From: Squalus acanthias
Taxonomy: Eukaryota
NCBI GenBank assembly: GCA_030390025.1
Contig: CM059433.1
Coordinates: forward strand, 52,390,001-52,454,000
Direction of reading: 5' to 3'
DNA length: 64,000 bases
This document shows, piece by piece, positions 52,031 through 64,000 of this stretch. The notes below the pieces were generated by a model. It was not told where the DNA came from and ran no database searches. It was given only the letters and a program-made list of their open reading frames with translations. Within the stretch, counting starts at the first letter, position 1; every line of letters begins with the position of its first letter. The translations under genes and the position numbers were made by a program.

Positions 52031-52621
52031 TTTTTAATGACTTACGAGCACGTGACAATGTGGTGTAATACGATCTTGGGCAAAATGGTCACAGGATCAG
52101 AGCACGTTCTCTTGCAATGGTGGAGTGGGGAGCAGACATTCCCAAATGCCAAATTAATGAAAGAGATCTTCCAGCACCTTCTCACAGCAAGCGCCTCTGT
52201 TGTTTCTCTACAGGCATGGCTTGCTTGCCCAAATATTACCATGATCCCATCCAAGAGATTTAGGACAGGGTTAACAGCCTTTTAAGATAGCCAGAAGTCC
52301 CAACCTGCTGCACTTCCAACAGTGGAGTAGGAACCCAAAAATTTCAGGTGTGTAAAGGTTTAGCAACTTGACAGCTGACAAAGCGAAAGACTTCTATTGT
52401 CTCGTGTGACTGTTGCATGTCTTGGCACCAAGTCCATTTATCACCTCAAACTACTTGTCTGCTATGTAGTTATCCTTAACACAAGGTAAAATGCAGGTGG
52501 TCTTTCATCCAACGACTGAAAAGCATTTGTTTTGTCTCTTTTTTTTAAAGAGGAGGTTGCCTGCAATCATATATTACATGCTGTGCCCTTAAAAATGGTT
52601 GAATTTTTCCTGTAAAAAAGA

Positions 52622-54847
52622 TGTCTGTGTCTGTGGGAGAACACTTGAGTATGAGTGATCTTCGTATCATAAGATTTAGATTAGCAATGGAGAGGAGCAA
52701 GGAACAATCTAGAGTGGAACTTCTAAACTGGAATAGGGCTAACTTCAATGGGATGCAAAAGGATCTAGCCAGGGTAAAATGGAACCAAAGACTGACAAGA
52801 ATTACTGTAACGGAACAATGGGTGATCTTTAAGGAGGAGATGTTCCAAGTACAGGCTAGGTACATTCCAACAAGAGGGAAGGGTAAGGGAACCAAAGCAA
52901 GGGCTCCTTGGATGACGAGGGAGATAGAGAAGATGATGAAACAAAAAAAAGAGGGTGTTTGATGAATGTCAGGTGAATTCTTCAAGGGAAAACCAGACCA
53001 AATACAATAAGTTGAGAGGGGATGTGAAGATGAAAATAAGATTGGCAAAGAGAGAATATGAGAGTAGAATGGCGGTTAACATAAAAGGGAACCCAAAAAT
53101 CTTCTACCAGCATGTAAACAGTAAGCGGGTAGTAAGAGGTGGGGTGGGGCCTATTCAGAGCAAGGCTAGAATACTCAATGAGTACTTTGTATCGGTGTTT
53201 ACTAAGGAGGTGGATGTTGACAAAATATCGGTAGAAGTGGAATGGAAGGGATGAAAATTGATAGACAGGATGTAGTAGAAAGGCTGGGTATGCTTAGAGT
53301 GGGTAAGTCGCCTGGTTCAGATGGCTTGCATCCCAGGTTGCTAAGGGAATTGGGGGAGGAGATAGCAGAAGGGCTTGACATAATTTTCAATCTTCCCTAG
53401 ATGCAGGGCAGGTGCCTGAGGATTGGAAATTGGCAAATGTGACACCATTGCTCAAGAAAGTCTATAAGGACAATCCTAGTAACTACAGGCCAGTCAGTTT
53501 AACATCAGTGGTGGGTAAAGTTTTAGAAACAATAATCAAGGAAAAAATGAATGGGTACTTGGAGAGGTTTAAGCTAATTAAGGAGAGCCAACACGGATTT
53601 GTAAAAGGCAGAACGTGTTTGACTAATCTAATTGAATTTTTTGATGAAGTAACAGGGAGGATTGATGAAGGGAATGCAATGGATGTTGTCTACATGGATT
53701 TTAGGAAGGTGTTTGACAAAGTACCACATAGAAGGCTGGTTAACAAAATTGAGGCTCATGGAATAGGTGGGTCGGTGGCAGCTTGGATAAGGAATTGGCT
53801 TAAGGACAGAAAACAGCGAGTTGTGGTAAATGGGTGTTTTTCAGACTGGAGGATGGTGGTAGACAGTGGTGTTCCCCAAGGGTCAGTGCTGGGGCCATTG
53901 CTTTTTTTGATGTATATAAATGACCTGGATATTGGAATACAGAGTAGAATTTCTAAATTTGCCGATGACACCAAACTTGGGGGTGTGGCAAACAGTGATG
54001 ATGATATCAATCAACTGTAACAGGATATAGAAAGGCTAGCAGAATGGGCAGACAAGTGGCAGATGGAATTTAATACAGAGAAGTGTGAGGTGATGCATTT
54101 TGGCAGAAGGAACAGGGAGAGGCAATATACATTTAACGGCACTGTTTTAAAGAGTGTGCAGGGACAGAGGGACCTGGGAGTTAATGTGCATAGGTCCCTG
54201 AAGGTGGCAGGATATATTGAGAGAGTGGTTAGCAAAGCATATGGGATCTTGGGCTTCATAAATAGAGGTATTGAGTACAAAAGTAGAGAAGTGATGCTGA
54301 ACATTTATAAAGCACTGGTTAGGCCACAACTGGATTATTGCATCCAGTTCTGTTCACCACACTTTAGGAACGATGTGAAGGCACTTGTGAGAGAGCAGAG
54401 GAGATTTACCAGAATGGTTCTGGGGATGGGGGATTTTGGCTACAAGGACAGGTTGGAGAAGCTGGATTTGTTTTCATTAGAGCAAAGGAGATTGAGGGGT
54501 GATTGATAGAGGTGCACAAGATTAAGACGGGTTTGGATAGGATAGATGGGGAAAGGCTGTTCCCACTAGTGGATGGTACAAGGACTAGGGGACACAGATT
54601 TAAGGTTTTGGGCAAGAGATACACGGTAGATGTGAGGAAAAACTTTTTTACGCAGCGAGTGGTGAGGACCTGGAACTCGCTGCCGAATGAAGTGGTGGAA
54701 GCGGAGACTGGATAGGCACTTGAGGGAAATAAACTTGCAGGGCTATGGGGATAGAGCAGGGGAATGGGACTGACTGGATTGCTGTACAGAGAGCCAGCAC
54801 AGACTCAATGGTCCAAATGACCTCCTTCTGTACCGTTATGACTCTAT
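52622..54847 (+). mobile_element. CR1 LINE, 5'-truncated and degenerate; tail split by a MITE (remainder at 55682-55693)
   Basis: RT motifs; (TATGACTC)n tail on both sides of the MITE. Confidence 0.92.
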
Positions 54848-55681
54848 GGGTTGGATTTTGCCAATGGGGAGCTTTTGGAGGTGGGACTCCCACTTGTCAG
54901 GTTTAAGTCCCGCCTCCATCGAATTCTGGCCAACCCACGCTATTTTTCCTTGATTGACCTTGTTAAGCCCGCCCAACTGGCTTAGCAGGCCAATTAAGGA
55001 AAAGCCGGTTACAGAGAACGTCAGTGTATGACATTTGATGTTAAAAAATTTTGACAGATGAATTGTCATTGTTTGACAGCTTTGTGAAGCTGTCAAACAC
55101 TGACAATCTCTGTTGTTTGATGAGTCCTTGTATTCAAGACTCATCAAAGCAATCTACTGAGCAGAAATGAGATGGCTGTTGCATCGGAGAATGCAGCAGC
55201 CATCTGTCATCTCTGCCGGTGAGATGACAGTTTCCCAACTGCTGAAGCCTGCAGGAAGAAACAAAGGTAAGTAAACATTTTCTATCACTTTACACTCACC
55301 TCACACACTTACCTCTCCACACTTGCACTCATCATTCACCTCTACAGCGCACATTTGGACCCCTCCAACCCCCGCAGACCCACTGCTCGCCTCGCTGACC
55401 CTGGCGGGGTTTCCCGACGTCAGGAAGCCCGCACTTGCAGGGGTAAAATGGGGAGAATACTCTTAACTGCCTGTTAACTACCTGTTAACAGGCAGTTAAG
55501 TGGCTGTAATCCCCTTCCCGCCTCGGGGAGGCGGCTCCCAGCATGGGTCGGCTACCCGCCTCCTGGGAAGATGGCACGGAGGCGGGTTGGGGGCGTGATG
55601 GGCACCCGCCCACAGATTCTGCCATTTTTTCGGCAGTCCGCCCTCCAAACATACCTCCCCAGGGCAGGCAAAACTCCCCCC
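54848..55681 (-). mobile_element. Complete Harbinger-type MITE, copy 2 (834 bp), with hairpin array
   Basis: TIRs GGGTTGGATTTTGCC / GGCAAAACTCCCCCC, 3-bp TSD TAT. Confidence 0.88.
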
Positions 55682-55807
55682 TATGACTCTATGATAGTTT
55701 TCCACATTGAGATGGTGATTTGGCTCATGATATCTCTGTCCTGCAGTATGCTTTCTTTGTCAGAATGGCATGCACAATGTAATATGCAAAAGCCTACTAT
55801 TTCCATT

Positions 55808-56128
55808 TCACAGAATCACAGAATCCCCACAGTGCAGATAGAGGCCATTTCGGCCCATCGAGCCTGCACCGACACAGATCCCACCCTATCCCCGTAGCCC
55901 CACGTATTTAATCCCCCCCTAACACTAAGGGTCAATTTATCATAGCCAAATCAACCTAACCTGCACATCTTTGGACTGTGGGAGGAAACCGGAGCACCCG
56001 GAGGAAACCCACGCAGACACGGGGAGAATGTGCAAACTCCACACAGACAGTCACCCGTGGCCAGATTCGAAACCGGGTCCCTGGCGCTGTGAGGCAACAG
56101 TGCTAACCACTATGCCACCGTGTTGCCC
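55808..56128 (-). mobile_element. tRNA-derived V-SINE (HE1-like, elasmobranch)
   Basis: Minus-strand head GGTGGCATAGTGGTTAGCACTG, V-domain GGAGTTTGCACATTCTCCCCGTGTCTGCGTGGGTTTCCTCCGGGTGCTCCGGTTTCCTCCCAC, CR1-like tail. Confidence 0.88.
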
Positions 56129-56234
56129 ATTTCCATTACCTCACTTGTTACCTTCCTGCTAACACTTTTCTCCCAGTACAGAGGCATGCCTCCCCCACCA
56201 CCCAATTACTTTCCCAGCAGAAGTTCACCAGAAA

Positions 56235-58821
56235 TGCAATGGAAGGTCTGGGTATTAAACTGGGAGCCAGATACATCAAGTCCAGGGGGAGATAGAGGAA
56301 CAGATATGTAGGCAAATCTCAGAAAAGTGTAGGAATAATAGGGTAATAATAGTAGGGGATTTCAACTTCCCCAATATTAACTGGGATAGTCAGAGTGTGA
56401 AAGGCTTAGAGGGTGCGGAATTCTTAAAGTGCATCCATGTGAGCTTTTTGAGCCAGCATGTAGAAAGTCCGACAAGAAAGGGGGCGGTACTGGACCTAAT
56501 TCTAGGGAATGTAGCCGGGCAAGTTGTAGAAGTGTCAGTAGGAGACCATTTTGGTGACAGTGACCATAATTCAGTGAGATTTAAGGTAGTCATGGAAAAG
56601 GACAAAGATGGACCGGAGATAAAGGTTCTAAATTGGGGGAAGGCCAATTTTAATATGATAAGGCAGGATCTGGCCAAAGTGGACTGGGATCAGCTACTTG
56701 TAGGAAAATCCACGTCAGAGCAGTGGGAGTCTTTCAGAAAGGAAATAGAGAGAGTACAATGCCAACATGTTCCCGTAAAGGTCAAGGGTGGGACCAACAA
56801 GCCCAGGGAACCCTGGATGTCAAGGGATATACAAGAATGGATTTGGAAAAAAAGGGAGGCTTTTGGCAGATACAAAGGACTAAAAACAGTGGAAGCCCTA
56901 GAGGAGTATAGAAAGTGCAGGGAGGTTCTTAAAAAAAGAAATTAGGAGAGCGAAGAGGGGGCATGAAAAAACACTGGCGGGCAAAATAAAGGAAAATTCC
57001 AAGGTGTTTTATAAGTATATTAAGGGCAAGAGGATAACCAGGGAAAGAGTAGGGCCCATTAGGGACCAAAGTGGCAATCTTTGTGTAGAGCCGGAAGATG
57101 TGGGTGAGGTTTTAAATGAATATATTGCATCTGTGTTCACTATGGAGAAGGACGATGTAGGCATAGAAATCAGGCAGGGGGATTGTGATATACTTGAACA
57201 AATTAGTATTGAGAGGGAGGAGGTACTAGCGGTTTTAGTGGGTTTAAAGTGGATAAATCCCCAGGTCCAGATGAGATGTATCCCAGGCTGCTGTGTGAGG
57301 CAAGGGAGGAGATTGCAGGGGCTCTGACACAAATTTTCAGAACCTCTCTGGCCACAGGGGAGGTGCCAGAGGACTGGAGAACAGCTAACATAGTACCATT
57401 ATTCAAGAAGGGTAGTAGGGATAAACCAGGGAATTACAGGCCAGTGAGGCTAACATCAGTGGTAGGGAAATTATTGAAAAAATTCTGAGGGACAGAATTA
57501 GTCTCCACTTGGAGAGGCAAGGATTAATCAAGGATAGTCAGCATGGCTTTGTCAGGGGGAGATCATGTCTAACCAATTTGATTGAATTTTTCGAGGGGGT
57601 GACTAGTTGTGTGGATGAGGGTAGTGCAGTTGATGTAGTCTACATGGACTTCAGTAAGGCTTTTGACAAAGTCCCGCATGGGAGACTGGTCAAGAAGGTA
57701 AGTGCCCATGGAATCCAGGGCAATTTGGCACATTGGATCCAAAATTGGCTTAGTGGCAAGAGGCAGAGGGTGATGGTCGAAGGTTGTTTTTGTGACTGGA
57801 AGCCTGTGTCCAGTGGTGTACCGTAGGGATCGGTGCTGGGTCCTTTGCTGTTTGTAGTGTACATTAATGATTTAGATATGAATGTAGGAGGTATGATCAG
57901 TAAGTTCGCAGATGACACGAAAATTGGTGGAGTGGTAAATAGCGAGGAGGGAAGCCTCAGGCTACAGGACGATATAGACGGGTTGGTCAGATGGGCAGAA
58001 CAATGGCAAATGGAATTTAACCCTGAAAAGTGTGAGGTGATGCATTTTGGGAGGACTAACAAGGCAAGGGAATACACAATGAATGGTAGGACCCTAGGAA
58101 GGACAGAGGATCAGAGGGACCTTGGTGTGCATGTACATAGATCCCTGAAAGCAGCAGGACAGATAGATAAGGTAGTTAAAAAGGCATATGGGATACTTGC
58201 GTTCATTAGCCAAGGCATAGAATATAAGAGCAGGGAGGTTATGATGGAGCTGTACAAAACGCTAGTTAGGCCACAGCTGGAATACTGTATGCAGCTCTGG
58301 TCGCCACACTATAGGAAGGATCTGATTGCCTTGGAGAGGGTGCAGAGGAGATTCACCAGGATGTTACCTGGGTTTGAGCGCTTCAGCTATGAAGAGAGAC
58401 TGGACAGGCTGGGGTTGCTTTCCTTAGAGCAGAGAAGGCTGAGGGGGGACCTGATTGAGGTGTACAAAATTATGAGGGGCATAGATAGGGTAGATAGAAA
58501 GGAACTTTTCCCCTTAGTAGAGGGGTCAATAACCAAGGGGCATAGTTTCAAGGTAAGTGCTAGGAGGTTTAGAGGGGATTTGAGGAAAAACTTTTTCACC
58601 CAGAGGGTGGTTGGAATCTGGAACTCACTGCCTGAAAGGGTGGTAGATGTAGGAACCCTCACAACATTCAAGAAGCATTTAGATGAGCACTTGAAACGCC
58701 ATAGCATACAAGGCTACGGACCAAGTGCTGGAAAATGGGATTAGAATAGACAGGGCTTGATGTCCGGCGCGGACATGATGGGCCGAAGGGCCTCTTTCTG
58801 TGCTGTATAACTGACTCTATG
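56235..58821 (+). mobile_element. CR1 LINE (partial endonuclease plus RT) with few disruptions
   Basis: GDFNFPNINW, LDLIL, SDHN, KFADD motifs; CR1 tail. Confidence 0.93.
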
Positions 58822-59174
58822 GTTGGCATCCACTAGAAATTTTCATGTGGTGAGAGAGCTGGGGTTCGCTCCTCCATCCCAATCATAGCCCCTGACTTCA
58901 GATGGAGGGAATTTCCAGGCTGGAAAATTCCTGGGCTCTGGGAGGAATGGGACATATTAGCCTCCGCCAATGGCGTAAGTGGGGATCAGTTACTGTCGAG
59001 GCTTGGGTCCTAGTCTTGACTCTCGCAAAGAAAACTGCCATCTGCCAAGATAAAGTGACCCCCTTTCCTAGAAGGTTGATAGACCCAATAGCCATCAACG
59101 AGGCCCTGCAATCTTGGGAATCCAGCCTGCTTGCTGAAGTGCAGGGACATCTCCAGTTGTTACTTCTTTTCCAT

Positions 59175-59880
59175 TAGGAAAGGATAAATTAAGGAAAGCC
59201 AGCATGGATTTGTTAAAGGCAAATCGTGTTTAACTAACTTGATTGAATTTTTTGATGAGGTAACAGAGATGGTTGATGAGGGCAATGCGGTTGATGTGGT
59301 ATACATGGACTTCCAAAAGACGTTTGATAAAGCGCCACATAATAGGCTTGCCAGCAAATTTGAAGCCCATGGAATAAATGGGACAGTGGCTGCATGGATA
59401 GGGAATTGGCTAAGAGACAGGAAACAGAGAGTAGTGGTGAACAGTTGTTTTTTGGACGGGAGAAAGGTATACAGTGGTGTTCCCCAGGGGTCGGTACTAG
59501 GACCACTGCTTTTCTTGATATATATTAATGACTTAGACTTGGGTGTATAGGGCACAATTTCAAAATTTGCAGATGAGTCAAATCTTGGAAATATAGTGAA
59601 CAGGTAGGAGGATAGTGATAGACTTCAAGAAGACATAGACAGGCTGGTGGAATGTGCAGACACGTGGCAGATTAAATTTAATGCAGAAAAGTACAAAGTG
59701 ATACATTTTGGTAGGAAGAATGAGGAGAGGCAATATAAACTAAAGGATACAGTTCTAAAGGGGGTGCATGAACAGAGAGACTTGGGGATATATGTGCACA
59801 AATCGTTGAAGGTGGCAGGGCAGGTTGAGAAAGCGGTTAAGATAGCATATGGGATCCTGGGCTTCATAAATAGAGGCATA
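59175..59880 (+). mobile_element. CR1 RT fragment
   Basis: IEFFDEVT...[10 protein letters not shown]. Confidence 0.88.
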
Positions 59881-60200
59881 GGGGGCAAAATTGTGTCGCA
59901 CCACCTTTGGGGCACTAACGTCGCCGGGGCACTACTTTTAGCACCCTGAAAAAGTTACCACCCCTGCGCCTGAAATTCACTGGTAGCACTCCAAGAGGGA
60001 GGCGGGCGCTATTGGAAGTGGGGTGCTACAAGTGAATATCGTGGCGCTGCGTGGGAGGGGCCCAGCGCAGCGCGACCCGGGGCCCAGCTGGGCCACCAGG
60101 GATCGGAGTGCCGGCAAAAGAGCCCGGCACTCAAGAGGAGTGCTGGGCTCACGGAGCGCAGCCGGCAACCCGCGGGGGGGCTTCACAGGAGGCCGGGGAC
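59881..60200. mobile_element. Harbinger-type terminal fragment interrupting CR1
   Basis: Begins GGGGGCAAAATT at the CR1 breakpoint; GC-rich subterminus. Confidence 0.55.
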
Positions 60201-60921
60201 AGCAACGGGGACAGGTACTGGCAGGAGAATCCTACCAACACCCTCCCCCCAATCCTGCTCCTGGCAGCCCCCCATGTAATCTCCTGGGAGAGGCAAAGAA
60301 ACTAGGGCCAATTAGAGGAAAAGATCTCTGGAAAATTCCTCTCTGACCTCCCTCAGGCAATCCAAACCAGTCCAGGGGTGCCTTGGGAATTTTCTTTTTA
60401 CATTGGAGTCTTTGTTCTTGTTGTTAAACTGAAAGAAAGAAGCAGCAAGCAGTGGCAAAAAAAATGCCACTAGCAATAATGCATAAAGTTCACTATTCAA
60501 GTCAAAAACAGCAGTCAGAATTCAAGTCTCATTAGAATGCCAACCTAGCTTGAAGTGGTGAAGGTCTTCAAAGAAGAGCTTGCGGATTTTCCAGTACCCG
60601 TGTTATCCAGATGTTTAACGAATCCAAAACAGCAGGTGGATTTCCAAGTGGGGCCACTTTGCATCAATATCATAGATTTTAGGGGATCAATCAGGCCAAC
60701 ACAGACACAAAGTGCTATCTCAAGTTTTTTTTAAACTTTTGCTGCCATGGAATCATGAGCTCAGTGTTGAGTGTGCTGAGGTGCAGCCACCTGATTCTAT
60801 GGGCGAAACGTGCTTCTGACCAGGGCCCACTCTCCTAGCGAATCACCATGGAATCAGCCCCATGATTTGTAACACCGTGAAACCATACACATTCTTTAAA
60901 AATAATACTTGTTACATAAAT

Positions 60922-61044
60922 AACAAAAACAGGAAATGCTGGAAACACAGGGCAGATCAGTGAGCATCTTTGGAGAGAATAATATTTTCTCTCCAAAGAT
61001 GCTCACTGACCTGGCATGTGTTTCCAGCATTTTCTGTTTTTGTT
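60922..61044. repeat. ~120-bp palindrome of head-to-head Penelope termini
   Basis: The arms are reverse complements around TAATAT. Confidence 0.8.
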
Positions 61045-61414
61045 TCATATTTCCAGCTTCTTCAGTATTTTGTTTCTTTATTATATAGATGTTCTGATCT
61101 GTAGCCAGTTTTCGCCTTTTTCCACCCATCTCTTGCTGGGATATTGCTCCATGAGCACCAATCTCCCTTCTGTACTTTGACAGCAACTGTTGGCAAGCTA
61201 TTCGTTCTCTACGGCCATCAGAGCTGAACCCATTTCATGACCTCACCCAACATTCACACAAGCACAGTTCCAGCAAGACTTGCTGGATAACAATGAGGAG
61301 CAGGAACCTTATGCAGTTTCCCGACTCTAATAGAGGGATACTGAGGCTACCATTCTACTGACCTAACTGAGATCCCCTAACGCAGCATAGACCAGGGTTC
61401 TAGTCTGGAGTGGT

Positions 61415-61552
61415 CTTTTTTTTTTATTCGTTTATGGGATGTGGGCGTCACTGGTAAGGCCAGCATTTATTGCCCATCCCTAATTGCCCTTGAGAAGGTG
61501 GTGGTGAGCCACCTTCTTGAACTGCTGCAGTCCGTGTGGTGAAGGTACTCCC
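61415..61552 (-). mobile_element. Short 3' fragment of LINE family B
   Basis: Matches 34240-34362. Confidence 0.8.
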
Positions 61553-61682
61553 TGTCTTGGTCTGTATGATTGAGCTACCCCCTAGATAAATTTGCTGAGC
61601 CATTGGGAAATCTTGTTTAATTTGTCTTTATATATCTGCAATATTATTTAATCCTCTGCACCAATTAATCATTAAAAACTTA

Positions 61683-63890
61683 GGTCCAGAGATTGGACAT
61701 CGACAGATACCTGCCAATGTCACCCTTGAGTTTACGACTGCTAAAATGGCCACAGGGCTACCGGGCAAAAATTAGCGCTGGGGGCTGGTATTTTGTAGCA
61801 CAGCGCTAACTTACCATGTAATGCCCTCCTGGTGGCGTTAGCGGAGGCATTCGACCCGAAGTTCCCATCCACGAGCGGCGTTCCAGATTCTTACAGCCTC
61901 TGGGAGCGAGGCTGTGGAGTTGCAAGGAATTGTGAGCAATTAATGGGGCTATGAATTAAAGGAACAATGCGATCAAAATTAAAAAATTTTAAATGCAGTG
62001 AAAAAATGCGGTTTTCAGCCCTTACAGCCTTCCAAAAAAAATGTACCATTAAAAAGAAGACCCAAATGGGACTCTTCAGCTCTTAAAGCTGAATTACCTT
62101 GCGCACCTAAAAAAAATGGGAAAAGTGCTTCAGCACTAACACAAATGGCTCAGCAAGCCAGCGAAGGGGCACCCAGGGTCTCACACGCAGCACTCCAGCT
62201 TTGTGCAGGGGGTCAACACTGCAAGAGAGGTCCTCTACCCACAGTGGACCAGGAGGCACTCCAGAAAGAACGATGTGGGAGTACATCACCGAGGCCGTCA
62301 CTGCCAGCAGTGTCGCCCACACCACCTAGCTTCAGTGCCCAAAGAAGCTTCATGACCTCAGATCACTGGTCAAGGTCAGTGAAAGCATCTTCAAAAGCCA
62401 TCTCCCACCAATTGCATCACTAGCCTCACACACTGCTCAATGCACGGCTCACCACCCCCCATCACTCACCTACGAACAATCTGTACCAATAACGAGCCAC
62501 CTCTCCCATTCCTAGCCTCACCTCACCCCCTTGGAGAAGACGGTGCAGGCCATTCTTGGCAGTGGCATGGCTGAGCCCAAGAATACAAGATGCTGGTATC
62601 CTCATACGCTATCCTCCTTCTCGTATGCACCTCTGGCTTTCCTGCCCTCCCCTCACCACAACTCCACTCTTGTGCCTTCCTCATTTCACACACCCAAGAA
62701 ATGCAGCCTGCCCAGCCAATGGTTGGCCAGGAAGATGGAGAGGAGAGTGAAGAAGAAGAAGAAGATTGATTTGACACCAGCTCCTCAAGATCGACCAGCA
62801 AGGCCATTTGCAGTGTCCCCCACTGAAAGTCAGCAGCCTTCCACCAGCCATACTGCAGACTCTGGGGTAGCACTGAGTAACATCAGGAGGATATGCAAAG
62901 GCACATACAAGACAGTCACTAAGAGAATGCATAAGGCTGATGAGTTGCTTTCTTGATGTCATGTTGGATGGATAGATGTATAAAGTTGGATTGGAAAGTT
63001 TGCTTTGTGGTGGCTTTTATTTCAGCATCGTGGCCAAGAGAACTCTGTGATGGTCGGTAACGGAGGGAAGTTAAGGTGTGGGACAAATGTTGAAAGGGAA
63101 TTGGGGTTGTGGTCACTGGGACCGTAGGCGGATGATTCCATCCTTGATATCCCAGCCAGAAAGGGGCTGTCTGGGTTGCATCCTTCCTTCTGCTTCCTCC
63201 TTTGCTTCCTCCTCCTTGGCGTCTTCCTCTGCTGTGTCTTCCTCTTCTGTGTCTACCTCTTCTGTGTCTACCTCTTCCCTTTGTGAGCGGCTGCTGTAAA
63301 CCTAAAATGATAGCATAAAATGCTGGAAATACTCAGCATGTCAGGTAGCATCTTGATCTGAGATGTGAATGCTGTTTCTCTCTCCACGGATGTTGCCTGA
63401 CCTGCTGAGTATTTGCAGCATTTTCTGTCTTCTCAGAGGCCTTCCTTTACCATCCGAGGCCTTGCAAGCATCCAGCAGTACTCCCTTCACACTTAAAAAA
63501 TGTTTTTAACATCTATTGCAGCAAGTCACCACTTCAATAAAATCAAAAAAAGTCCAAAAGTTTAAATGCAAACTGAACTGAAAGATGTGTTTGTCCCTTT
63601 AAGAGATGCTGCCAGCACCTCTGTCAGTCTGCTTGCATGCTGGGATTATCTGGCGTGCTTAGGACCCAGTGCTGAACTCAGCGCTAGGTTCGAAGTTAGC
63701 CGTGGTGAGACGTCACCATTCCACCATTTTGTTTTTGCAGGGCACTACTTCAAAACAGCAGCGCTACCGGGATTTCGAGAATGGAGGACGCCGTAGGACC
63801 CGCCACCAGCTGGCAGAAGAGCGGCAGCCGCCGCTTTCTTGACATTATGCCGTGCTAATGGGTGGCGCTAAGGTAAGGAATTTCTCCCCC
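61683..63890. mobile_element. Internally deleted Harbinger element (Myb-like remnant ~62145-62375, acidic transposase tail ~63120-63290)
   Basis: TIRs GGTCCAGAGATT / AATTTCTCCCCC, TSD TTA; subterminal TAATGGGTGGCGCTAA shared with the 47012 region. Confidence 0.78.
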
Positions 63891-64000
63891 TTAATTTCTT
63901 TCTGTGGTCAGATGGTTAAATGTATTGTTACTGTTAAAGCTGACTGAAAGTTAGTTTATCAAAAGCTGCTTTCACATGAATGAGAAGAATCTATACAGAA

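Noticed and set aside
58830-59170. 91-aa ORF between two CR1 copies
   Set aside because: No recognisable domain; probably an unidentified repeat fragment

Overview
Eukaryotic, repeat-dense genomic DNA, most likely intronic or intergenic. The source is very probably a cartilaginous fish (shark), because the window carries a Deu-domain tRNA-SINE (SacSINE1-like), an HE1-like V-SINE, many CR1 LINEs and Penelope termini. I recognised no host protein-coding exon; nearly all long ORFs are retroelement or DNA-transposon relics. Contents: about 9 CR1 LINE copies (one with an uninterrupted 732-codon stretch of ORF2), 4 copies of a second CR1/Jockey-group LINE family, L2 fragments, Penelope-like fragments with a GIY-YIG domain and minimal hammerhead-ribozyme cores, a 1.68-kb solo LTR with a 4-bp TSD, and many PIF/Harbinger elements. 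The Harbinger set includes one near full-length two-gene copy, several transposase fossils and MITEs with 3-bp TSDs. The most unusual signals are: (1) a Harbinger-type MITE, present twice in inverted orientation, whose interior is a run of back-to-back hairpins; (2) minimal hammerhead cores in Penelope ends; (3) a ~45-bp TGTGACCTTT..TGTCA motif recurring three times in otherwise unique DNA; (4) a 15/75-bp higher-order repeat in frame with a GIY-YIG fragment; (5) a CR1 with a duplicated 3' UTR. I cannot claim a clearly new biological system from sequence alone. Boundaries of degenerate elements are approximate.
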